Shown piece after piece: positions 28,701 to 36,600 of a stretch of 56,321 nucleotides of DNA (its first letter is position 1; each line of letters begins with the position of its first letter). A program made the translations under genes and the position numbers. Source of the stretch: a virus (Duplodnaviria > Caudoviricetes). Below the pieces are notes generated by a model. The model saw nothing but the letters and a program-made list of their open reading frames with translations. It was not told the origin of the DNA and ran no database searches. The stretch lies in the IMG/VR virus record IMGVR_UViG_3300035682_000045, positions 1-56,321 of that record. One strand, 5' to 3'.

Positions 28701-29859
28701 GAATAATCTTCCTAAGATATTGACTAAGACAGCAGATGGATCAATTTATGCATATTCGTATGTAGTTGATAAGGCGTTTAATCTTAAAGTTGTTATTAAT
28801 TCATCTAACGGATCTGACGGTGAGAACGCAACTGAAAATTTTCATAAGGCAGTTTTATATGTTTCGTTAAACAATTATGAAGTAACTGGATGGCAAATTC
28901 CTAAAACAAGCACAACATGGGAACCACCTAAAATAAATACACTTACTGGGGCAAGACAAAAACCAGTTGTGCCAGATATGTTTACCTCATCTAAAAGTTT
29001 TGGATTTTATGCTTCACCTTCTCCAGTAGTTATACCAGGAACATCAGACGAAATATCTTATCCGACTCCCAACTATATGCTTTCTGTTGCAAACCTTAGA
29101 GAAATTCATGCTACAGAAAAACCACTTTTTGAAAGAAGTGTAAGCTATTTTTATCAAGATAGAGAGTTTTTGAATGGTCTAGTTCAAAAGCAACCGCTAT
29201 ATTCAAATTCTTTAACATATATTATGCAAACAACACCATCTATTTCTGGAATTAATTATTATGATGTTCAGTACGATACACCTGCTGCAGTATCAGTAGA
29301 TGTATTTCCTGTTGAGTACATGCTCACCTATTTCCCTGGCAGCTCTAAACAAGATCAACAAAATAAGCAAAAAAAGCTGGTAACAGAATATTCACTATCT
29401 TACTCAACACCAATCAACACAGGGTTTAGAGCAAGGATGGCAATTGCAAACAATTCACCGCACATGGTATTATTAACAAAAGAACCAGATGAAATACAAA
29501 GAGTTAAGGTTACCCTTAATCTTTGGACACATGAAATTGTTGGACCGTCTTCTCCAGAAATTATTGAATCGGTAATAGATTCCTCAAATTCTTCTGAGGT
29601 TGTCCAGCTTGACTCAGAATGGATACAGTCAAAAACAGCTGCCTATAAGCTTCTCAAGATTGTTGAAATGGGTATTGAGGGATTCTCTAAAACCGTCACG
29701 GTAAACATGTTTGGAAATCCACTAATACAAATAGGAGATGTAGTAACCCTATCGTATACTTTAAAGGGCATGCTAGCCAAAAAGTATATTGTGACATCTG
29801 TATCTCAAAGTTTTAGCCAAGGACTTAGCACCAGTCTAACACTTAAAAGGCTTTACTAG
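25741..29859 (+). CDS. Putative tail hub/baseplate protein (1372 aa)
   Basis: YIDEYGVMRF and C-terminal SEWIQS...FGNPLIQIGDVVTL...SVSQSFS hub motifs. Confidence 0.65.
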   Translation: MLSEVNSSVFENSDSIKLIPVVSAEWNHNLFNPPYITTAGTGTKISGTVTSGTIYDADNEKENFTTKALELTNGNGSVSYTVSGLSGSAYKVITYVKTNSATPIMVNAFGKGSASQFGSEQVEASSLGWTKLVTYVGASKNSDTFSSFVYKIVANSFSETAYDDAIDADNAIILMFTVPEIYETTYFDYKYGSLWPTESPFTYFRPGESYVGSGDTNCSFGSNYRRIASKVLNSETLSGGFYGNKYMPVSPIIQNPSFFLSSPPVAVLKNALPTDTSSYQYFVSDYSSKSISAVYEKNIVTNKIVIKCNTIMTTPTFSMYLDDSALPSLTGITPNSSGVVVLYYTGSAWTQDKWLDMPKFDANGVLTTKTTFKKIRLTQTSRVVNSAFLSYSGDSVTNDLNRMQIVEISPRLEINLSDFVQSIDIDKSLDADNSSLPISSINSNDARMVLSGIPVVKNDGSFVPIFSSQSNSAATILSNMMRKNVKFYVNFNLVDHAVLGSAPTLNVNTYIPGGVFYSDSWEENDISDVTIQSFDISRYLQSKPVPDYVANLKTVFEVITNILDLAGFTDYDYDSLYKICNNKANPLDIAYYYCNSKDSTVIDALNQIFVAYQIGAYIDEYGVMRFLSLHKMLTDTASVLTIEDQDIVEGGISVSNLQKPGKISLRYQTPKVKQSPALQNVENLDIKNSPSAIYTTSNDVVWEQQTTDSVGFNYLYSDMSEESNTMTINNNDLLDIFHTFNLDNSGYAAIENEIVSFEYKQYTISAVNGSNPVNVSVKNNLELSSEVNKYIKEYTVGLKTSDGTSKQGYDIKIVPTGKITNVQRGMFGTVPTAHNRVTTLASKGLTEKTINSSFNFSSTTGNIFITNNKDSDPTLPLPDVTKIGIGVSGTNKIAICPAVETDNEYKTYSVKFDLPDQYVVAAGMFLNQTSSGSSTPLFIELIRYSTINPQTGGFYDVPKYKYILAVYDSSSTVYAWADVTGQCNNILNNLPKILTKTADGSIYAYSYVVDKAFNLKVVINSSNGSDGENATENFHKAVLYVSLNNYEVTGWQIPKTSTTWEPPKINTLTGARQKPVVPDMFTSSKSFGFYASPSPVVIPGTSDEISYPTPNYMLSVANLREIHATEKPLFERSVSYFYQDREFLNGLVQKQPLYSNSLTYIMQTTPSISGINYYDVQYDTPAAVSVDVFPVEYMLTYFPGSSKQDQQNKQKKLVTEYSLSYSTPINTGFRARMAIANNSPHMVLLTKEPDEIQRVKVTLNLWTHEIVGPSSPEIIESVIDSSNSSEVVQLDSEWIQSKTAAYKLLKIVEMGIEGFSKTVTVNMFGNPLIQIGDVVTLSYTLKGMLAKKYIVTSVSQSFSQGLSTSLTLKRLY

Positions 29860-29876
29860 TAAATTAGCAAGCGCTA

Positions 29877-29885
29877 TGGTATAAT
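29877..29885 (+). promoter_or_regulatory. Extended -10 promoter TGGTATAAT
   Basis: Intergenic; SD AGGAG follows. Confidence 0.6.
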
Positions 29886-29905
29886 TAATAGGACAGGAGA
29901 GTGCT

Positions 29906-30427
29906 ATGCCATATGTAAAAATATCAGATCCAAACGTAATTGACCTTTCTGCTTGGCATCAGGTTATCAATGTTGTAAATCAGCACAGCGATAGCCTTAG
30001 CTCAATCACTAATAATTTAGGTGGGCCAGCACCAGCTGTAGTGGAATGGAATGGTGAAAACGATTTTGTTCAGCAGTACGACCCTGGCTCACAAAAAATA
30101 TTATACGGAAGACATAAGCTTAATACTGCAGATATGTCACCGCTATATGATGGTCAGATTTTTCATGGAAGTATTTCATTTGAAGATGATGGTGCTACAG
30201 GATTTAGAGCAAGACCAATAGTTACAGCAACAATACAGTTTGGACACTCAACAATTGATGCTCTTGATGATACGAACCATAACATTATTTTAAATTTATT
30301 TAACATTACAGGAAGTCAGTTTAAATTTAGAGTGACTAGGGCGATTAGTGATATGGATGATCCAACACCACCACCCCCACTTACTGGTTATTTTTATCTA
30401 AACTGGACAGCAACAGGTCCAAAATAA
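29906..30427 (+). CDS. Minor tail protein (putative)
   Basis: In the tail module; FRARPIVTAT...LNWTATG beta-sandwich C-terminus. Confidence 0.55.
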   Translation: MPYVKISDPNVIDLSAWHQVINVVNQHSDSLSSITNNLGGPAPAVVEWNGENDFVQQYDPGSQKILYGRHKLNTADMSPLYDGQIFHGSISFEDDGATGFRARPIVTATIQFGHSTIDALDDTNHNIILNLFNITGSQFKFRVTRAISDMDDPTPPPPLTGYFYLNWTATGPK

Positions 30428-30439
30428 TCTGGTGATCAA

Positions 30440-33400
30440 TTGAAATCACAGTACAGAGGCAATAAAACTGTTGCTAAAAATCCAACTATTTCAATAGATG
30501 TTGATGACCCAAGAGTATCTTGGGATAAAATTGCATTAACTAAATCAAGAATTGGTTCAGAAATTGACATTATTGGACTTGATGGAAAGTCATTGATTTC
30601 TGGCGGATTAAATTTAACAGATGGATCAAGCAAGCCTGATCAAAATCAGGTAATATCAAAACCTCTAACAATTCCAGGTGTACCCAAAAAAGGAGTTCCA
30701 CCACTACCAGTAGAAAACCTTGTTGCAGACTGGGCAGTAAATGACGGTATTGTTTTAACTTTTGATTTTGATACAACAAACTCTGCCAATGTATACATAG
30801 ATAGATTCATAATAAAGGTATACGATTCATTAACAGAAGATTGGCATTTATTAAGATCTGGGTTTGGCTATGAAGGATCAACATTTTTAAGTACATCTTC
30901 ACCACAACAAACACTCACGCTAACTGCATCTGACATATACTCTTCAATAGATATAAATACTCTAATTTCTAATATAACAAAAGTAGCAGTAGCTACCGCT
31001 GATATTTTAAATATTGGAGAATATGTTGAAGCAGATCTTACAGAATACGAATCACCATTACCACAGCCTGTTTTTACTTTGTCTTCAGGTGTTGACTACT
31101 ATGTTGTTACTCTTGATCCGCTAAATATAGCAGATGCATTAACAAAAGGTTTTGCTGGTGTTATAGTTGAAGAACAAATAACACCTGAACTGGTAAAGGC
31201 AAATGTAAGTTTAACAACTGGATGGTCACAGGCAGCACCACTTACGTCAAATTCTGTTATAGTTGTATATGCACCAGATGCTGAACATCGTTGGGTTAGA
31301 CTTAAATATGTTAGCGCAATGGGAAATGCTTCTGTATATTCAGATATTGCAGATATAACTCCAGATGCATTTCAGCCACCAAACACAGATCCACCAGACC
31401 AGTTTACAGAAGCAAGCATAGCATGGGTTGGAGATGATATAAAGGTTACTTTTACATTGCCAGAAGAAAATGTTCCAACAACTATAAAAGTAAAGCTTGT
31501 TCCTTATGTTAATGGTGCAGAAAGTCAAATTTTTTATTCAGATCATTACCATGTAATTGTTCCACCAGTAGATTTTTTTATGATAAGGTCAACAGAGTTA
31601 TTTGCAAACTATGGTAAATATTATTCAGAATTTAGGGGATACATAACATCCTTGTCTGGTCAAGGTGTTCCAACAGCTGGAGCAACAATTGTTACTAACA
31701 AAATTACTAGATCTAGCTTGTTATCAAGTGTATATCCAATATTAGGAATACCAGATGCATCTAATCCAACAGGAAAATTTAGAGTTACGCCATCTGTTAA
31801 TGGATACATAGTTGACTTTGATATGCCTGCAGGTGCATCAAGATTAGAGGTTTATGAAAGTCCTACTGCATGGACAGCTATACCAACAAACGATGATCTT
31901 GTAGTTTATTCAGGATTGAGCCCAGCAAATGTTCCAACACCTGTTGGAGACTTTGATGACAGATATGTTATTGTAAGATACTATGATTCATATGGTGGAT
32001 ACTCTCACTATAGTATGGAAACTGCTGGTCAAGGTTCTGGAAAGTTAGTAAAACCAATTGATATTGGTTTAGAGTCATTAATTACATACCCAATTAAAAT
32101 ATCAGCAGATGGTGGAAGTATATTTGCTGGATCTGGCGATGTAGACAATTACCCACAGGTATTCTTTAATGCACTTGGATTATTTGCTTATGACCAAGGT
32201 CAAAACAATACAACATCAATCATAAGTAATGCTGCAACTGGGCAGCCAACATTTATTACAAAGAAGGCAACAATTGGTGCATGGTCAGTAGGAGAAGGAG
32301 TTGTTTCAGAAAATCCAACAGTAACAAAAACTTTTATTCAAAACAATATCTATGCTGCAACTAAAACTAAAGAATACACTGGGCTGTCTTCGGACGGAAC
32401 ATATTCTTTTTGGGCTGGAGCAACATCATCACTTAATACAGACAATGATGCTGAGTTTTCTGTAAAGCCAAACGGAGAAGTTGAAGCTAGGAAATTAATT
32501 ATTAGAGGTGGGGGAACAAATGGAATTTTAATAGATACTCCAAACTTTACAGTTGATCGTGATGGTGAGGTTGTTGCACTAAAGGCAGAACTTGAAGGAA
32601 CCCTCACTGTTAACGGACAATCTTATTTTGATGCTAATGTAAACATTAGAAACGGCTACCTAATTACTGGAGAAGGAGACTTTGGAGAAGGGCCTAACGT
32701 ACAAATAGGATCAATGGGATTACAAGCACTTGATTCAGAAGATGATCCAACCACAAAAATATACTCAGATCCTAAATCAGTAACTGTTACAAATGCTTTA
32801 ACTGGGGATTCATCTACAGTGTCTGGAATTACTCTATGGACTAAAAAAGCTTTATTTAAATCTCAAGAACCAGGAGAAGAAGGATCAGGTGGATTTGTTA
32901 TAAGTGATGGTGTAATTCAGTCAAACCAAATACTTATAGATTCAGTAAATGAACAATTTGTTATTAGATCAACAACAACTAATTCAACAAATGGTATTAT
33001 ATTACAAGCTTCAGATGATAGCGACTACTCAATAGCAGTTGGAAATCTTAATTATTTTGTAGACCCAGATGAGTATCCAGCACTCCCAATATTTTCTGTT
33101 AGTACTACAGGATTGATGACAGCAAATAATGCTGTAGTTAAGGGAATAATAAAGGCAACTGAAGGATTTTTTGGAACAGAAAACGGTACACGATGGGAAA
33201 TTGGTTCAACAGGCATAACCGCAAATGGAGTTGCAAGCATAGATTTATCATCAGGTGGAGTAATTAAAGTTGGCAGTTATGAAATAAAAGCTGTTGTAGC
33301 AACAGAAGGAAACGAATTTTCAATTATTGATACTCGTACTAATCAGGCTATATTAGTAACAGATAAAAAATCAGGAACAAATAGAATATTTTTGGGTCAA

Positions 33401-33610
33401 AATGGACGACAAGTTGAAGTAAAAAAACCTGCACAAATATCTGGAGCTGGAACAACGTTAGCAGATCCAGGAGACAGTTCTTTAGCATCTCAAGCATATA
33501 GATCTGGAGGCTTAAGAAACATGTTTACTGTTCAAAAGAGCAACTATGATGAAAACCCAGCACAATTTCCTTCTGCAGAAAATGGAGATGTACTATTGGT
33601 ATATACCTAA
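30440..33610 (+). CDS. Minor tail/fibre protein with FN3-like N-terminal domains and a beta-rich C-terminus (1056 aa)
   Basis: TTG start; PPLPVENLVADW; FWAGA...FSVKPNGEVEA repeats; ends AENGDVLLVYT. Confidence 0.65.
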   Translation: MKSQYRGNKTVAKNPTISIDVDDPRVSWDKIALTKSRIGSEIDIIGLDGKSLISGGLNLTDGSSKPDQNQVISKPLTIPGVPKKGVPPLPVENLVADWAVNDGIVLTFDFDTTNSANVYIDRFIIKVYDSLTEDWHLLRSGFGYEGSTFLSTSSPQQTLTLTASDIYSSIDINTLISNITKVAVATADILNIGEYVEADLTEYESPLPQPVFTLSSGVDYYVVTLDPLNIADALTKGFAGVIVEEQITPELVKANVSLTTGWSQAAPLTSNSVIVVYAPDAEHRWVRLKYVSAMGNASVYSDIADITPDAFQPPNTDPPDQFTEASIAWVGDDIKVTFTLPEENVPTTIKVKLVPYVNGAESQIFYSDHYHVIVPPVDFFMIRSTELFANYGKYYSEFRGYITSLSGQGVPTAGATIVTNKITRSSLLSSVYPILGIPDASNPTGKFRVTPSVNGYIVDFDMPAGASRLEVYESPTAWTAIPTNDDLVVYSGLSPANVPTPVGDFDDRYVIVRYYDSYGGYSHYSMETAGQGSGKLVKPIDIGLESLITYPIKISADGGSIFAGSGDVDNYPQVFFNALGLFAYDQGQNNTTSIISNAATGQPTFITKKATIGAWSVGEGVVSENPTVTKTFIQNNIYAATKTKEYTGLSSDGTYSFWAGATSSLNTDNDAEFSVKPNGEVEARKLIIRGGGTNGILIDTPNFTVDRDGEVVALKAELEGTLTVNGQSYFDANVNIRNGYLITGEGDFGEGPNVQIGSMGLQALDSEDDPTTKIYSDPKSVTVTNALTGDSSTVSGITLWTKKALFKSQEPGEEGSGGFVISDGVIQSNQILIDSVNEQFVIRSTTTNSTNGIILQASDDSDYSIAVGNLNYFVDPDEYPALPIFSVSTTGLMTANNAVVKGIIKATEGFFGTENGTRWEIGSTGITANGVASIDLSSGGVIKVGSYEIKAVVATEGNEFSIIDTRTNQAILVTDKKSGTNRIFLGQNGRQVEVKKPAQISGAGTTLADPGDSSLASQAYRSGGLRNMFTVQKSNYDENPAQFPSAENGDVLLVYT

Positions 33611-33625
33611 TAGTAGAATAATAAT

Positions 33626-36600
33626 ATGCCTGGTAAATTAAAAGTCGGTGGGTCTTGGAGAGATATCACCTATATTAAACTAAAAGTTGGTTCTATATGG
33701 ACTAATGTTGGAGAGGCGTATTTAAAGGTAGGCGGTGACTGGAGTAAGTTCTTTGGTGCAAGTGGACCACAGATAAGTCAAAAACCTGTAATCACGGCAA
33801 GCAGCACTACATTCCCAGCAATAGTAACTGGACGAAACTATCATTGGGATTCAGGAAATGTGTTTACTTATGTATTTCAATATTCATTGACTGCTCCAAC
33901 ATCAACTACAGCGTGGATAGACATAGGAGAGTACCAGTCAATTACAAACCCAGCAGTTGGATCTTCAGTAACAAAGACATATGATTTAGCAGATTTAGAA
34001 GTTGATGTAGAAGATGATATTTGGGTAAGATTTACGGTGCTAGCCGTTAATACTGTAAACTCAACACAGACAATTGAGAGTAGTGATCCTGTGCAAGTAT
34101 CAAACAATCTTCCAGTTGGAACACCAGTATCTGCGGTAATAGTAAGAGATTCTGAAGATGGATACGTATACAGCGTATCAAATCCTGGTATATGGACAAA
34201 GACTCCTATTCTTTCATATAGATACCAATGGCAACAGAATACCTCTGGAACAACATGGGCTGATATAACAGGGGCAACATCTATATCAAGAAACATGCTT
34301 TCATTCGTTGGTAAAAATGTTAGAGTAAGGGTTTGGGCAACAAACTCATCTGGAGAATCATTTAGGCCAATTGTTTCAAATTCAATGATGGTAACTTATG
34401 CACCACCAGAGATTAGTTCATTTACAGTAACTCCAAGAGCAGGTGGCGCTACTATTAGTTATTCTGCAAGCACAGACGATCCTGACTATAGTATTTCTGT
34501 TTTATTAGAAAGACTGAGTGGTGGAACATATTCAGACTATTTCTTTATCCCAATACCTCTTACATCCCTTACTGCAACAGACATTGAATTTACTACTGAT
34601 GTTTTGGCATCTGGTACATATCGTTTTACTCTTGTTGTAATAACTAATGATTTGATAGAAACTACCTCACAGGTTTCTGGAGTTGTCGTACCAGCACTTT
34701 CTGCTTCTTCTTTAACGGTTACAGACACAACACCAACAACAGACTATACTCCATCAGGACTTACAGTAACAAACCCATCAAACAATCTTGGTTTAGTTGA
34801 ATGGACAAATGGAGCAAATGCAGATCTTGCCACATTGGTTTTAAGCGGTGCAGCAACTGGAACAACAATTTTTGATCCAATAGAATCAAGTAAAACCTTT
34901 AGCGTAACAGTAAGTGGAACAGTAACAGCTTCTTTAACCAATACTATAAAAGGTGAAGCAACTATAGCATGGAGTCAAAGTGGTGCTAGAAGTTTTAAAT
35001 TAAAATATGAGGTTGGTGGAAATCCTGTAACATACAATGTTGCAGATACTACATCTACATCTCCAAGTCTAAATATAATGTCTAATGGTCTTCAGGTTAA
35101 AGCAGTTTCTGTTGAGGTATTCCCTTTGACAAATTATCAAGGTACATCAACACTGTTTACTCCATCAGTAGCACCAACTGCAACACCAACAAACAAGGTT
35201 AGCACTCCAGCCATTACTGCAAGTGGAACAGTAGAATTCCTTAATCCAAGTGCATCCTCTTTGGCAATTGCAAACACAACACCAAACGCAACACCTACTG
35301 TAACTAGTGTTAGAAACAGTGCAACAACAAATGTTGGAACTGTAGATTGGGAAAATGGAACTGGAGCAACTAGTGGCTGGCTAGAAAAGATGACAGCAGC
35401 TGGAATTGTAACTGGACAACCAATTGCCGATCCTGGAAGTCTGTCTACTACTGGATCATTTAATATTTTAATTACTGGAAATGCAACGGCAGTAGTAAAA
35501 AATAGATCAAATGCACAAGTCACCATATCTTGGTATCAATCTTCTGTAAAAAGCTATAGGCTAAGATATACCGTTGCTGGAACTTCTTATACTAGAAATG
35601 CAAATACTGTAGATGAAAATGGAGCTGCAATAACTGGAACAACTTCTTTTATTATTCCAATTGATGTAAACAATAAAGCAGTTGTTGTTACAGAGCTAGT
35701 TGTATATTCTGGATTAAACCAAAATGGAATTCCATCTGCTGCTGTACTACCAGGTTCAGCATCTGTTACAGCAACAAACATAACAAATGAAGCAACAGGA
35801 TCTGGTGCAGTGACTTATGCAGCACCAGCAACAGCTCCAGGAACTCCAACAAACCTACAAAGAAACCTTGATGGAGCATCAAAAACATTTACTTGGACCG
35901 CACCATCTGACGGTGGTTCGCCAATAACAAATTATGAGTTCAATATAAATAACACTGGATGGTTTGCTAGAAGTCCAGCATCTTCAGCTACATCTTATTC
36001 ACTTACAGCAGTAACTGGAAATATTGGAAACACTTTTCAAGTTCGTGCAGTAAATGCAGTAGGTTCTTCTGCTACCCCAGCTAGTTCTGGAACTTATTAT
36101 GTTCCATCTGTTGGAGCTCTTACTACATCATCTATTACTAAGACTTCAGCAATAATTACTTGGACTTCAGGTACAGCTGCACAAGCTGCATGGTCACTAT
36201 CACTTCCAGGAGCATCAGGTTCACCATTTACTGCAAATAATAGTAATACGTCCTTTGGTGTTACTGGATTAGTAGCAGGAACATCTTATACACCAACATT
36301 AACTCTTACATCTTCAAGTGGTGATACAAACTCTAGAACTGGAACTGAATTTACTACAGTAGGTCTTTCAGGAATTAAAACGTTGTCAAACCTTACAGTA
36401 TCTTCTGGAACACTAAGTCCATCATTTCTTTCTGGTACTAATTCATATACTGTTTCTGGACTATCTAATGCAACATCATCTATTACTGTTACTCCTACAG
36501 TTACAGACTCTACATCTACCGTCACAGTAAATGGAGTTTCAGTAGCTTCTGGGTCAGCATCAGGTGCAATTTCACTCACTGCTGGATCAACAACTAATAT

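Noticed and set aside
30432-30449. GTGAT...ATCAC mini-hairpin over the TTG start
   Set aside because: Only a 5-bp AT-rich stem; could easily be chance.
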